NCBI GenBank assembly: GCA_965248695.1
Contig: CBDFKD010000002.1
Coordinates: 2,784,001-2,848,000, forward strand
DNA from: Acidobacteriota bacterium
Lineage (GTDB): Bacteria; Acidobacteriota; UBA890; WLXD01
Direction of reading: 5' to 3'
Length of the DNA: 64,000 bases
Under the pieces are notes generated by a model that was not told the DNA's origin, searched no databases, and saw nothing but the letters and a program-made list of their open reading frames with translations. Within the stretch, counting starts at the first letter, position 1. Every line of letters begins with the position of its first letter. Shown in pieces: positions 27,469 to 39,397 of this stretch. The translations under genes were made by a program, and so were the position numbers.

Positions 27469-29004
27469 GTGAGCAACCATCGGAACGCCACCACCCACCG
27501 TCCGGTGATCACCGCCGCTCTCGTGACGGTCGCTACTCTCGTGATGCTGCTGTCGGGATCCGGTGCCGCCTCCGGCCAGCAATCGGTCACGCTCCGTCAG
27601 GTGGGCGCTGGTGAGCTGAGATCGCCGAACGGTGGCGGCCGCTGGCAGGGCTTCCGGCCGGGCCCCGCGCCCGCAGAGCGTGCCGCCGCAGGTTCCGATA
27701 TCACTCCGTCCGACTACGCCCGAGCCCGTGCCGCCCTCGCCGAGTACGAGCGCACCTACAGGCGACTACCGGCGCTGAGGACGGACATCCCCAACCGTTA
27801 CCCCTTCTATCCGCAGGCCGGCAAGCACGAGAGCGACCTCTTCTTCACCAACTTCGCCGATCTCGATCCCGCGGGCGGCGCTGGAGCCATCGTTGACTGG
27901 GACTGTACGGGTTACACCTACGACACCCATCACGGCACCGACTCCGGCGTGCGCAGCTTCGCGTTTCAGGACGTTGGCGTGCCGATCTACGCGGCGCTCG
28001 ACGGACGCGTGATCGATACCGACGACGGCAACCCGGACCGCAACACGGCGCTGATCGACAAGCCCGCCAACTACGTAATGATCGATCATGGCGACGGCCA
28101 GACCGGCTTGTACTGGCACATGCGCCGCAACAGCGTGGCGGTGCGGAAGGGCGACAGCGTGGTTGCCGGGCAGACCATCGGCATGACCGCCTCGAGCGGC
28201 TTCAGCACCGGGCCGCACCTGCACTTCGAGACCTGGGAGGATGGCGAGTGGCTGGAGCCGTTCACCGGCAAATGCAATCCGGGCACGAGCGGGTACACCA
28301 AGCAGCTCAAGTTCAAGCGCAAGACATACCTCTGGGACGCGGGCATCACCCACGAGGATCTGGCCAAGCTGCCAACCAAGAAGCTCCCGCCCGAGCAGCT
28401 GCCCTCATCGGGCCAGTTCCAGACCGACGACGAGTTCCTCAACATCTGGTTCTGGGTCGGCAACCTGCCGGAAAGCAGCTCGATGAAGCTGGTGTTCCGG
28501 CGCCCGAACCGCTCCGTCGCCTTCGACACCGGCGTTTTCGACATGGGCAACACCGACTTCCTGAGCGCGACTTGGTGGACGCAACAGTGGCTGGCCAACG
28601 ACATGCGAACAATCACCGGCGATTGGACTGTGGAGCTGCATATCAACCGCAAGAAGCTCGCGACCCTGCCGTTCACCGTGTTGACCAAGCGCGACCCGAA
28701 GAAGAACGGCGCGCCGGCAGCGCTCAAGAAAGTGAAGTTCCGCCGCAAGCCCAAGGCCGGCGTAGTGCCGTTCTGTGAAATCAGTCACTCGCTGATCCTC
28801 GACGATCCCGACTACGATGTCGTGTCATACCGCTACGTCTGGACCGTCAACAACACGGTCGTGCGCGACGTGACGATCGCGGCACACGCCGATGCGCTCG
28901 CCGTCGACCAGTTCGCCAAAGGTGACCGGCTGGAATGCACCGTCACCCCCTCGGACGGCGATCTCGAAGCCGCCAGCAAGACGGTCGGATCCAAGGTCAA
29001 GTAG
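27469..29004 (+). CDS. Secreted M23-family metallopeptidase
   Basis: HHGTD, IYAALDG, YWHM and SGFSTGPHLHFE. Confidence 0.9.
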   Translation: MSNHRNATTHRPVITAALVTVATLVMLLSGSGAASGQQSVTLRQVGAGELRSPNGGGRWQGFRPGPAPAERAAAGSDITPSDYARARAALAEYERTYRRLPALRTDIPNRYPFYPQAGKHESDLFFTNFADLDPAGGAGAIVDWDCTGYTYDTHHGTDSGVRSFAFQDVGVPIYAALDGRVIDTDDGNPDRNTALIDKPANYVMIDHGDGQTGLYWHMRRNSVAVRKGDSVVAGQTIGMTASSGFSTGPHLHFETWEDGEWLEPFTGKCNPGTSGYTKQLKFKRKTYLWDAGITHEDLAKLPTKKLPPEQLPSSGQFQTDDEFLNIWFWVGNLPESSSMKLVFRRPNRSVAFDTGVFDMGNTDFLSATWWTQQWLANDMRTITGDWTVELHINRKKLATLPFTVLTKRDPKKNGAPAALKKVKFRRKPKAGVVPFCEISHSLILDDPDYDVVSYRYVWTVNNTVVRDVTIAAHADALAVDQFAKGDRLECTVTPSDGDLEAASKTVGSKVK

Positions 29005-29140
29005 GGCGGTGGTCAACTCGTCGCAGCTCGGGCAGCGGTCAACGCCGCGCAGCACCGGCGGTCGTGTTCGACTCGCGCCCTCGATTGACTCGGGAAGTAG
29101 TATCTAGCCAATCGCAAGGATGAGACTCGGAGGGGTGTTG

Positions 29141-29896
29141 ATGCGAAGACAGGGATCTCGCGTAGGACAGATCCGGTTGTTGTTGATCTGTGCTGCGCTC
29201 GCGGTGGGATTGCTGGGAACGGCGGCCCGAAGCGAAACGCCTGAGCAAGCCGCTACGCGGGACGGGGCGAAAATACGGTTAGAGAATGTCGACATCTTCG
29301 TCGAGGTCAACGACACCAGTGGAAATGCCGGAATCCAGATGTTTCTCGACGGAGAGGGTTGGGACTCGATGACCCTCATGGATCCGAATGGCAACATGTT
29401 GTTCGACGTGAATGCCGACGGCGGCGTCGGGGCACAGGGCATCACCGAATTCTTCTTCGAGAGCGCCGAGCCGTCGTTCGACGTGCAAACGCTCGAGGAG
29501 CTGCTGGCGCTTTTCCCCGAGGGTGATTACAGCTTCCGAGGGACGACCACGGAGGGGAAGAAACTGAACGGCAAGTCGAAGTTGACCCATGCGATCCCGG
29601 ATGCGCCTCCGATCAAATTTCCGGCAGCGGGAGAGCTCGTGAACCCGAATTGGGCCTGGTTCGAGTGGGGGCGGGTCCCGAACCCACCCGGCAGCAGAAT
29701 CGTTGGCTACGACGTGAGCGTCTGGAACCTGAACAACGGCCGCACGTTCGCCGCCGAGCTTGGATCCAAGGCGAGGACGATAACCGTCCCACCCGAGTTC
29801 ATGGATCCCGCAACGGAGTACAAGTTCGAGGTGCTCGCGATCGAGAGGAGCGGCAACCGGACAATCTCGGAACGGGAGTTCACCACGCAGGACTAG
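29141..29896 (+). CDS. Secreted hypothetical protein with an Fn3-like C-terminus
   Basis: Signal peptide; EYKFEVLAIERSGN. Confidence 0.65.
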   Translation: MRRQGSRVGQIRLLLICAALAVGLLGTAARSETPEQAATRDGAKIRLENVDIFVEVNDTSGNAGIQMFLDGEGWDSMTLMDPNGNMLFDVNADGGVGAQGITEFFFESAEPSFDVQTLEELLALFPEGDYSFRGTTTEGKKLNGKSKLTHAIPDAPPIKFPAAGELVNPNWAWFEWGRVPNPPGSRIVGYDVSVWNLNNGRTFAAELGSKARTITVPPEFMDPATEYKFEVLAIERSGNRTISEREFTTQD

Positions 29897-29921
29897 GGCA
29901 CACCCAGTTCCGGCCGCGCCG

Positions 29922-30522
29922 CTACGGCCGATAGCCGAACGCGTCGAAGGCGAAGCCCCACTGCTGCCGCACGCGCGCCGCGACCTCCGCGTCGAGCTGG
30001 CCGTATTCGTTCTTGCAATAGCCACGCACCGATTCCAGGTAGCGCTCCAGTGCGGGCATCGCCACGTGGAAGTCGGGAATCTCCAGCCCCTGGTAAACGC
30101 GCTCCAGGATCGCCAGCGGGTCCCGCTCGAGCTCGTCGAATCCGATCTCCACCAGGCGGCCGTCGGGTATTCGCGTCCGCTCGTCCAAGTACGCCCCATA
30201 CAACTGGCGATATCGTCGAAAGATGCGATCGTCGAGGGTCTCTGGACGACCACGCTGATACCGCTAGAACGGTTCCACCACGCGCTCCATGTAGCTGGTG
30301 GACTGGTAGACCCGGTAGGGATCCCGGTGAACATGAACGAAGCGCGCGTCCGGGGGGCCTCCAGCAACAGCGGCACACGCGCGGTGTGCAGCGGCGACTT
30401 GAACAGCCGCCGCCCGTACTTGAGCGTCAGCTTGGCAACTAGGCGGAGGAGGGAAGCGATCCAACGGCGTCGCTCGTCCGCATCGGCGTGGTGGAACGTG
30501 AGATAGCGGTGGTTGTACAGAT
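29922..30522 (-). pseudogene. Sulfotransferase 3' fragment, frameshifted
   Basis: KSPLHTARVPLL / PDARFVHVHRDP / FDELERDP spread across frames. Confidence 0.8.
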
Positions 30523-30540
30523 CAGCCCGACCGGGGAACG

Positions 30541-30976
30541 CTGGGAATCGCCGTGGGCATGCCGGTACAACGGCTTGGTTGTTACTCCACCGGCTGCTGC
30601 TACGGGCAGCCAACGAGCCTGCCGTGGGGCGTGACCTATTCGGTAACCGGCACCACCTTCCCGAGCTCCGCTCCGCTGAGGGCCGTGATCCATCCGGCGC
30701 AGCTGTACGAGGGCGCCCTGGTCGGGCTCCCTGGCCGTCATGCTGTGGTCGTTTCGTCGCGGGCACGCGCCCGGCGAGGCCAGTTTCATGTTCATCGCCG
30801 GCTACGGCGTGATTCGATTCATGAACGAGTTCTTCCGCGCCGACCCGCGTCTGTATCTGTGGGACGGTGGGCCGCCAGTGCCGCAAGCGGCCAGCCTGGC
30901 GGCGGGTGTGGCGGGCCTGTACGGGCTGTATCGATTGCGCCCGCGACGAGCCGCGATCCCGAGCAAGGGTAGCTAG
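30541..30976 (+). pseudogene. lgt: Prolipoprotein diacylglyceryl transferase (Lgt-like) 3' fragment
   Basis: RLGC..GCCYG.PTSLPWG, HPAQLYE and YGVIRFMNEFFRAD. Confidence 0.8.
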
Positions 30977-31016
30977 CAGGCCGGACCCGCCACCCTGCCA
31001 GCGCGGCCGCCGGAAG

Positions 31017-32260
31017 CTATTCCGACCGCAGCGCCACCACCGGCTCGATACGCGACGCCCGGCGCGCCGGTATCCAGGTTGCCAGTAGCACCACTCCGAG
31101 CATCACCAGGCTGGTGGTCGCGTGCGTCAGCGGATCGAACGGATCGACCTCGTACAGCTGCGACTCCATTGTCCGCACCAGCGCCAGGGTCCCGGCGAGC
31201 CCGAGCCCCAGCCCGGGCCTCGGGTACACGCGGAACTGGCCGCCGACGGCGTTCGGGTGGGGCGCAAACGCGTGGCACGGCTGATGAGCCAGGCGGGGCT
31301 GGAGGGTGTCAGCCGCCGCCGTCGGCTGCGCACGACGCGCCGCGGTACTGACGCGCAGCCGGTGCCCGATCTGGTGAAACGTGACTTCGCGGTCGGTGCA
31401 CCCGATCGCCTGTGGGTTGCCGACATCACGTACGTCTCTACGTGGTCGGGGTTCTTGTACCTGGCGGTGGTGATGGATGCCTTCAGCCGGCGGGTGGTGG
31501 GCTGGTCGATGGCCAACCACCTGCGTACCGAACTGGTGCTTGAGGCGCTCAACATGGCGATCTGGCAACGCCGACCTGAGAGCGTGATCCACCACTCTGA
31601 TCAGGGCACGCAATACACCTCGATCGCCTTCGGCCACCGCTGCAAGCAGCTCGGTGTACGTCCCTCGACCGGATCAGCTCGCGACTGCTACGACAACGCC
31701 ATGGCCGAGAGCTTCTTCGCGACGCTAGAGACGGAGCTGCTATGGCGGCAGAGCTTCAAGAGCCAGGTCGAAGCCCGCATGGCCGTGTTCGAGTTCATCG
31801 AGGGGTTCTACAACCCACGACGGCGCCACTCTGCGCTCGGAAACCAATCCCCAATCGCCTACGAGAGGAGCTACTCCGAGACCCCGTCACCGGCTGTGGA
31901 AACTGCCGTACCCATGCAGATCGCGCCGCGATCCGCACCGCCACTTGGAAGCCGCTCTGCGGCTCCCACGAGTTCCCACAGCACTACGACTACGGCCTCA
32001 AATCCAAGCGTTCAACTGTCCACCGAAACGGGGTAACTCCACAACGTCGCATACGTCAGTGATAGGACAGCTGAGCTAACGCCCGTCCCGAGCGCGAACG
32101 CTAAGATCGCTGCGACGGGCAGTGCGGGCGCCCGCATACCTGATCGGACGGCAACTACGAGGCCTCTCATCAGGAACGCGCTCCCGCTCGTAAACAGGCG
32201 CCAAACGATGGAACTCTCGAGGCGCCCGCGATGCGTCCGGCTCCTTCTCCAGGCGACCGA
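31017..32260 (-). pseudogene. ADOP-type ABC permease remnant (N-term ~32042-32260, C-term 31017-31219) split by IS3 debris
   Basis: AAILAFALGTGVSSAVLS N-terminus and LATWIPARRASRIEPVVALRSE C-terminus. Confidence 0.7.
31220..32041 (+). mobile_element. IS3-family element, left end deleted
   Basis: rve motifs WVADITY, HHSDQG and DNAMAESFF; right IR CTGTCCACCGAAACGGGGTAACTCCA. Confidence 0.9.
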
Positions 32261-32370
32261 CAACGACTCGATAAATCGACCGATGTGACGTGTATCAGCT
32301 GCGATCCTTCTCCACGGATCAGACCCGTCGTAAGGGCGGCCCGCTGGGTTGCGCTTCGACGGCTGGCGCG

Positions 32371-32470
32371 AGTGCCACTAGCCCGTTGACGCGCCGTACC
32401 CCCCGCTTAGCGCTGCTCCCTTCCGGGCCTGACGCGGTTCACGAGGCTGCACCGCACAGGGCCCGGCGCC
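32371..32470 (-). ncRNA. ffs: Signal recognition particle (4.5S) RNA
   Basis: Minus strand GTGAACCGCGTCAGGCCCGGAAGGGAGCAGCGCTAAGCG (SRP helix 8 with GGAA loop); flanks pair into an extended imperfect stem; ends approximate. Confidence 0.8.
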
Positions 32471-32611
32471 GTCCCAAGACGCTGGCGGCCGTGGCTCCAC
32501 CGCCGAATTCGTGCCGATCGATCGGCCGTAGCGGAGCGAGCTGCGCCACGCCGCGACCGAGCGCCGATGGTGCCACGCCGGCCGGATACCCATCAAGCGA
32601 CCCGAGGGCAG

Positions 32612-33882
32612 TGACCTGCCCCCCAATAATCGGGCCAGTCTGAGAGTTAGGATTTGAGGCTCTCAGGATGGCTCGGGAAGGGGGAAGAATGGCGCGGAAG
32701 CGGTACACTGTAGAGCAGATCATCGCCAAGCTCAGGGAGGCAGAGATCGAGCTAGCGAAAGGGGCCAAGACACCGGAGGCATGCCGCAAGCTGGGAATCA
32801 GCGAGAACACGTATTACCGGTGGCGCAAGGAGTACGGTGGACTGAGGGTGGATCAGGCACGGCGACTCAAGGAGCTGGAGCGGGAAAACGGCCGGCTCAA
32901 GAAGTTGCTGGCGGAGACGATGCTCGACAACGCCATCCTCAAAGAGGTTTCGTCGGGAAACTTCTGAGCCCGGCACGACGGAGCCGGGCAGTGCACCACG
33001 CACAGCAGTCGTTGGGTGTGTCCGAGAGGCGAGCCTGCAGAGTACTGGGCCAGGTGCGCTCGACGCAGCAGTATCGGCCCAAGGTGCCGCAGGAGGAGAA
33101 GGCACTGGTGGAGCGGATGACCCAGCTGGCGACGCAGTACGGGCGCTATGGGTACCGGCGGATCACGGCGCTGTTGGTACGTGAGGGGTGGCGAGTGAAT
33201 CACAAGAGGGTCGAACGGTTATGGCGTCGTGAGGGGCTGAAGGTACCGAAAAAGCAGCCCAAGCGCGGACGCTGGTGGCGCAATGATGGATCGTGCGTGC
33301 GGCTGCGGCCGGAGAGGAAAGATCACGTCTGGGCCTATGACTTCGTGCACGAACGAACTCACGACGGGCGAGCGTTTCGTCTACTGACGATCGTGGATGA
33401 GTACACGAGAGAGTGCTTGGCAATCGATGTAGCACGCAGGCTCAACTCCGAGAACGTGCTGGAGCGACTCGCTGAGCTGTTCGTGAACCGGGGTGTTGCC
33501 GATCACATCCGCTCCGACAACGGACCGGAGTTCACTTCTCGGGCAGTGCGTGAATGGCTCGAGCGAATCGGTGTGAAGACGCTGTTCATTGAGCCCGGAT
33601 CGCCATGGGAAAACGGCTATGTGGAGAGCTTCAACGGCAAGCTCCGAGACGAGCTGCTGAACGGCGAGATCTTCTACACGCTCAAGGAGGCGCAGTGCTT
33701 GGTGCACCGCTGGCGCCGCCAGTACAACCAGGTGCGGCCCCATAGCTCGTTGGGCTATCGACCGCCTGCACCCGAAGCGACGTTGTTGCAGCCGGCTACG
33801 CTCCGCTTCGCCAGCTCCAACAATCTCTTGCCAGTACCGATTCTATGAGTTACGAAGTGGCCCAAACACTTGGGGCAGGTCA
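32612..33882 (+). mobile_element. IS3-family (IS407-like) element with 3-bp TSD CAG
   Basis: IRs TGACCTGCCCC...GGGGCAGGTCA; orfA 32689-32967, orfB to 33848, -1 slippery site GGGAAAC; CAG on both flanks. Confidence 0.95.
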
Positions 33883-35152
33883 CAGCGCCGTCGTCGGATA
33901 CACGGCTGCAGCGATCGGGTTGCCGACCAAGCTGCTTGCCAGAGCGATCCCGGACACGGGCCCGGAGGCAGCGCCGGAAGAGCAGAGACGCCCCGAAAGT
34001 TGGCGCAGAAACTGGACCATCCCGGCGGAGTACTACGTCGACGAATCGCGCTGGGAGTTCGACGAGCGCCTGGTGGCCGACCACTTCTGGCAGATGGTCG
34101 ACCACGAGAGCAGGATTCCCAACGCCGGCGACTTCTTTGTCTTCGAGTTCGGTCGCAGCGAGAGCATCCTGATTGTGCGCGGGCGCGACAACGAAGTCCG
34201 CGGCTTCTACAACGTCTGCCGTCACCGCGGCTCGCGCCTGTGTCGTCACAATGCGGACCCGATCCCCGAGGACCCGCGCCTGTCGGTCAAGCAACTCGGT
34301 CAGTCGGGCAGCTCGCCGGTGTTCCGATGCCCGTATCACGCCTGGACCTACGACACCGAGGGCAGCCTGATCTATGCCTATGGCATGCAGGAGGACTTCG
34401 ACCCGGCGGACAACGGCCTGATTCCCTGCCATCTCCGCATCGCCGACGGCTTCATCTTCGTGAACCTGTCGCGAGAGGAGACGCCGCCGGAGTTCGAGTC
34501 GGCGATCGAGCCCTTCCGCCGCAAGGTGGGCCAACGACACGGTACAGTGCAGTTGAAGGTCGGCGAGCGCGTCTACGTACCGATGCACGCCAACTGGAAG
34601 CTGGCGCTGGAGAACTTCCTGGAGTGCTACCATTGCGGGCCCTCGCACGAGTACCTGTGCCACGTGCACCCGGGCTCTGACCTCACGGTGCCGGGAGAGC
34701 GGCAATGGTGGGCCGAGGACTACGTCAGCGGCACGATGGACGGTAAGCCGGCGGCACCGTTGCTGCCCAGCATCAAACGCACCCGGGTCACGCAGAGCGA
34801 GACGGCGGCAGGTTGGTCGAACAGTTACTGGCTCGGCTACGACGACTACGTCTTCGCAGTGAGGTTCACGCCCCGCGATGTCGACCTCACCGATGTGGAG
34901 TGCCTCTGGCTGGTCCACCCCGACGCGGAGGCGAGGGTGGACTACGACCCGGACAGGCTCAAAGAGCTGTGGCTGGTCACGCTGCTGGAGGACATCTGGC
35001 TGTGCGAGAACAACCACGCCGGCATCCGCTCAGGCGCCTACCGGTCGGGACGCTACGCTACTCACGAGCTCGGGAAGGTGATGCCGGCCGGGTTCATCCG
35101 CTGGTACATGGCCGCCGTTCGGGGCGACATCGGGCCGGCGCTGCCGTACTGA
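33883..35152 (+). CDS. Rieske non-heme iron oxygenase alpha subunit (GbcA/CntA-like); 5' end disrupted or displaced by IS
   Basis: CRHRG...CPYHAWTY Rieske ligands; NWK..ENFLECYHC...H mononuclear Fe site. Confidence 0.85.
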
Positions 35153-35199
35153 GCGGCGTGCTCACCGCGCCACCCGTATCCGGCGGAAGCTGGCCAGGG

Positions 35200-35303
35200 T
35201 GATCCCGCGAGGCAACCGCGGTTCGGGTATCGGAGGTTGTGCGTGTTGCTGCGCCGTGAGGGATGGGTAGTGAACCCGAAGCGCGTGTATCGGATCTATC
35301 GGG
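35200..35303 (+). mobile_element. IS3 orfB remnant
   Basis: QPRFGYRRLCVLLRREGWVVNPKRVYRIYR. Confidence 0.7.
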
Positions 35304-35304
35304 A

Positions 35305-36690
35305 GGATGCTTCCGTAGAAAAAGGTGACGGTGATCCGGCCCCGATAGACTGTCGGCGCCATCCACAGTCAATGGAGAATCACCATCATGGGCAAGAGTC
35401 GCAGAAGCGACACGAGTAGGAAAGCGGCAGCAGCGCACAACCAGCGGGCAGAGGCCGTGCTGGGAGCAAGAACGGGTCTGCTGGAGCTGGTGATGGAGGC
35501 TGGTTTCGGGGTACTCGGAGCCGTGCTGGAGCAGGACCGGGCGAGGCTGTGCGGTGAGCGCCACGCGCGGCCCGATCACAGGCGCGCGTACCGACACGGC
35601 TACGACGAAGGCTCGCTGGTGATGGGCGGTCGGCGGGTCAAGGTGCGCAAGCCACGAGTTCGGAGTCTCCAGGGACAGGAACTGCCGCTGCCTCACTGGG
35701 AGAGGTACAAGGCCGCCGATCCGCTGGGTGACCGAGCCCTGGAGCAGATCCTGTACGGGGTAACGACGCGCCGCTACGACCGCTCGTTGGAGACGCTGCC
35801 GGAAGGGCTCCCTTCATCAGCCACGAGCCGCTCGTGCGTATCCCGGGAGGTTCGTGGCGCGCACGCAGTACTTGGCGCGACCTCTGGGTGAGATCGACCT
35901 ACCGGTGCTGATGATCGACGGTATGCATATGGCCAGGCACTTGCTGGTGATCGGCATCGACATCGACACCGACGGGCACAAGCACGTGCTGGGCGTTGTG
36001 GAGGGCAGCACCGAGAGCTCGCGGACCTGCCGGGCGCTGCTGCGGCAGCACATCGAGCGCGGCATGCCGGTGGAGCGGGCGCGGCTCGCGGTGATCGACG
36101 GCTCCAAGGGACTGCACAAGGCGGTGCGCGCCACGTTCGACAACTGGGCGCTGATCCAGAGGTGTCGCGTGCACAAAATCAAGAATGTGCTGGAGCACCT
36201 TCCCAGGCACATCCGGCCCTGGTTCAGTGCCAAGATCCGCAAGGCTTGGCGGGCGGAGACACCGTCAGCCGCCGCCAGAAAGCTGGAGGCCTTGGCCAAC
36301 GAGCTGCAGGTTGATCATCCCGGCGCCGCGTCCTCTTTGCGCGAAGGGATGGATGAAACCCTGACCGTCACCCGGCTGCGCGTGCAGGGAGCGCTCCTTC
36401 GCACTGTCCGTTCAACCAAAACGATCGAGAACCTGCACGGGTGCATCAAGCGCGTCAGTGGCAACGTGAAGCGGTGGCGTTCTGGAAGCATGCTCGTACG
36501 TTGGGGCCGTGACTGCGCTCATCGAGGCCGAGAGCCGATTCCGTACGGTTCGTGGCTACCGCGAGATCGCCAAGCTCGATGCCCAACTCAACGCCGCGCT
36601 CGGTGTGTCCCTTGAGGAGCAACGCCGCAGTGCCTAACAATCCGTCCACCTTCACCGTCGCCTTTAGTTCAACGGACGACGGGACATCCC
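35305..36690 (+). mobile_element. IS256-family element with frameshifted transposase (35388-36615)
   Basis: YRHG, LMIDG, VIDGSKGL and QRCRVHK; degenerate IRs GGATG...AAAGGTGACGGTGA / TCACCGTCGCCTTT...CATCC. Confidence 0.85.
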
Positions 36691-36711
36691 CGAGCACCAA
36701 GAGGTAAGCCC

Positions 36712-39339
36712 ATGCAGATCCAATCCAGCCGTTTTGCGGCAGTGGCCACGCTGGTCGCCGTATTCCTTGGCACTCCAGCCTACGCGCAGTCTGCCGAGGG
36801 GACGATCAGCGGTACGGTGCGCGATGCCAACGGCGCTTCGGTCGCCGGCGCCACGGTGCTGGCGTCGAACGAAGTCACCGGCTCGGTAGTAGGTGCCGTG
36901 ACATCCGGCGGCGGGATCTACTCGCTAACCCTCGCCCGGGGCACCTACACGGTGCGGGTGTCGCTGAGCGGTTTCCGCGAGCAAGTGCGGGCTGCCGTTG
37001 ACGTCGGCGACGGCTCGATGGTGAGCGCGGATTTCACCCTCGAGGCCGAGCTCGCCGTGGAGGTCACGGTCACGGCCGCGAAGCGAGAGGCGGCCCTAGG
37101 CGACGTGCCGTTCTCGGTTGCCGCTGCAACCGAGGATCAGCTTCGCGACCGCGGCATCGACGACCTCGAGGGCGTGGCCGCGAACGTCGCCGGGTTCACC
37201 GTCCAGAACCTCGGTCCCGGCCAGAGCCAGGTCGCGATCCGCGGCGTGTCGGCCGGCCAGATCGTGCGCGACCAGCCGGGCGTCAAGGAGCAGGTGGGTG
37301 TGTACCTGGACGAGTCAACGATCTCGCTGTCGCTGTTCACGCCCCAGATCGACATGTTCGACATGTCCCGCATCGAGGTACTGCGCGGGCCGCAGGGAAC
37401 GCTGTTCGGCTCCGGCTCGCTGTCGGGGACCGTACGTTACATCACGAACCAGCCCGAGCTCGGCGTGCAGAAGACGTTCGGCGAGATCAACGTTGGTTCG
37501 ATGACCGGTGGTGAGGTCGGTGGCGCGGTAAAGATCGGCGTCAACGCACCCCTCAGCGAGAACGCCGCCGTACGCTTCACCGGCTATTCGACCCGCCTCG
37601 GCGGCTACATGGACGCCGTACAGCCGGACCTCAGCGTCGCCGAAAACGTCAACAGCGGTCATCGCACCGGTGGTCGCATCGCGCTGCTGGCGGCTCCCAG
37701 CGATCGGTTCACGATCACGCCACGGATCTTCTTCCAGAAGATCGAGATGGACGGCTGGAACCGGGCGGACGCATACAACATCCTCGCCAACCCGTTCACG
37801 ACCACGCGGCCGGCGGTGACGCTCGGTGACCGCCAGCTCTTCACACAGTTCGAGGAGCCGTACACCGACGAGTTCCTGCTCGCCGACGTGAACCTCACCT
37901 ACGAACTCAGCGACAAAGTTAGCCTCACCTCGATCACGTCGCACACCAACCGCGACGTGCTGGTGGTGCGCGACGCGACGGCACTGAACGCCAGCATTCT
38001 CGGCGGCACCCTCCCTTTCGGTGAGGAGATCTTCACGATCGACGCGCCGCTGGACGATGCTACCGATGCGCAAGTCTTCACACAGGAGCTGCGCTTTTCC
38101 GGCGGCACCGACCGCGTCGCCTGGGTGCTCGGGGGCTTCTACAGCAAGATTGACCGCGACTACGGTCAGAGCGTGATCGTGGTCGGCTTCGAGGACACTA
38201 CCAGTATCAGTACGGTAGGGGACTTCGGTGCTGGCAAAGACGAGCTGTTCTTCTCCGACCTCAGGTATGACTTCAAGCAGTTCGCTGCGTTCGGCGAGGC
38301 CACTGTCGACGTTACTGAGGACTTCAGCCTCACTGGCGGCCTGCGGTTCTATGACTTCAGCGAGGACCGGGTGCAGACGTTCGACGGCATCTACGCCAAC
38401 GCCGGCACCACCATCGGATCCACCGAGGCAAGCGGTGTTGTCCCCCGCTTCATCGCCTCGTACCGCGTCGGCGAGACAAACCTCAACGCGCAGGTCTCGA
38501 AGGGCTTCCGGTTGGGCGGCATCAACGATCCGCTCAATACCCCGCTGTGCACCCCGGAGGACCTCGTGACGTTCGGTGGCCGCGACTCGTGGGACGACGA
38601 GACCGCCTGGAACTACGAGGTCGGCACCAAGTCGACGATCATGGGCGGCCGCGGCTCGCTGAACCTGTCGGCGTTCTACGTGGACATCCGCGACCTGCAG
38701 GCCACGGTGACCGCGGGATCATGCTCGTCGCGTGTCATCTTCAACGTGCCGAAGGCCCGCAGCGCCGGCTTTGAAGTGGAGTTCTCGGCCACACCGACCG
38801 ACAACTTCGACTTCGCCATATCGGCCAGCTTCTCCGCTGCGCAGCTGCGCTCGACCCTCACGTCCACGTCGAGCACGGGCGCCGTCAGCGTTGTGTCGGG
38901 CATCGAAGAAGGCAACCGGCTGCCGAGCGTGCCGGAGGTGCAGATCGCCGCCGCCGCCACCTACCAGTGGCTCGTCGGCAACAGCTCGCTCATGTACTTG
39001 AGCGGCGTGTTCCAGCACGTCGGCTCGCGCTTAACGCAGATCGGCGATCAAGCGGCGGGTTTCGGCGCCGTGAACCTGTTGTCGTTCGATCCCAACAATA
39101 TCGGCGGCCCCTATACACAGAACATCTTCACGTTCGATCCCGAGCTGCCGTCCTACACGCTGCTTAACCTGCGCCTCGGCATGCTGCGCGGTCCCTGGGA
39201 CATCGCGCTGTACGCTAACAACATCACCGACGAGCGCGCTCTGCTGGCGTTGGACCAGGAGCGTGGAACCCGCGCCCGCGTCGGCTTTCTCGTCAACCCG
39301 CCGCGGCGGTTCGGCATCGCCTCGAGGTTCACGTTCTGA
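36712..39339 (+). CDS. TonB-dependent receptor with N-terminal carboxypeptidase-regulatory-like domain
   Basis: GTISGTVRD..GA.V, IEVLRGPQGTLFG and C-terminal RFTF. Confidence 0.95.
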   Translation: MQIQSSRFAAVATLVAVFLGTPAYAQSAEGTISGTVRDANGASVAGATVLASNEVTGSVVGAVTSGGGIYSLTLARGTYTVRVSLSGFREQVRAAVDVGDGSMVSADFTLEAELAVEVTVTAAKREAALGDVPFSVAAATEDQLRDRGIDDLEGVAANVAGFTVQNLGPGQSQVAIRGVSAGQIVRDQPGVKEQVGVYLDESTISLSLFTPQIDMFDMSRIEVLRGPQGTLFGSGSLSGTVRYITNQPELGVQKTFGEINVGSMTGGEVGGAVKIGVNAPLSENAAVRFTGYSTRLGGYMDAVQPDLSVAENVNSGHRTGGRIALLAAPSDRFTITPRIFFQKIEMDGWNRADAYNILANPFTTTRPAVTLGDRQLFTQFEEPYTDEFLLADVNLTYELSDKVSLTSITSHTNRDVLVVRDATALNASILGGTLPFGEEIFTIDAPLDDATDAQVFTQELRFSGGTDRVAWVLGGFYSKIDRDYGQSVIVVGFEDTTSISTVGDFGAGKDELFFSDLRYDFKQFAAFGEATVDVTEDFSLTGGLRFYDFSEDRVQTFDGIYANAGTTIGSTEASGVVPRFIASYRVGETNLNAQVSKGFRLGGINDPLNTPLCTPEDLVTFGGRDSWDDETAWNYEVGTKSTIMGGRGSLNLSAFYVDIRDLQATVTAGSCSSRVIFNVPKARSAGFEVEFSATPTDNFDFAISASFSAAQLRSTLTSTSSTGAVSVVSGIEEGNRLPSVPEVQIAAAATYQWLVGNSSLMYLSGVFQHVGSRLTQIGDQAAGFGAVNLLSFDPNNIGGPYTQNIFTFDPELPSYTLLNLRLGMLRGPWDIALYANNITDERALLALDQERGTRARVGFLVNPPRRFGIASRFTF

Positions 39340-39397
39340 GATACGCTGTTGCGCACCCATGACTCGCCTTGCCGATGACGAGATCGAACCTCGACTC

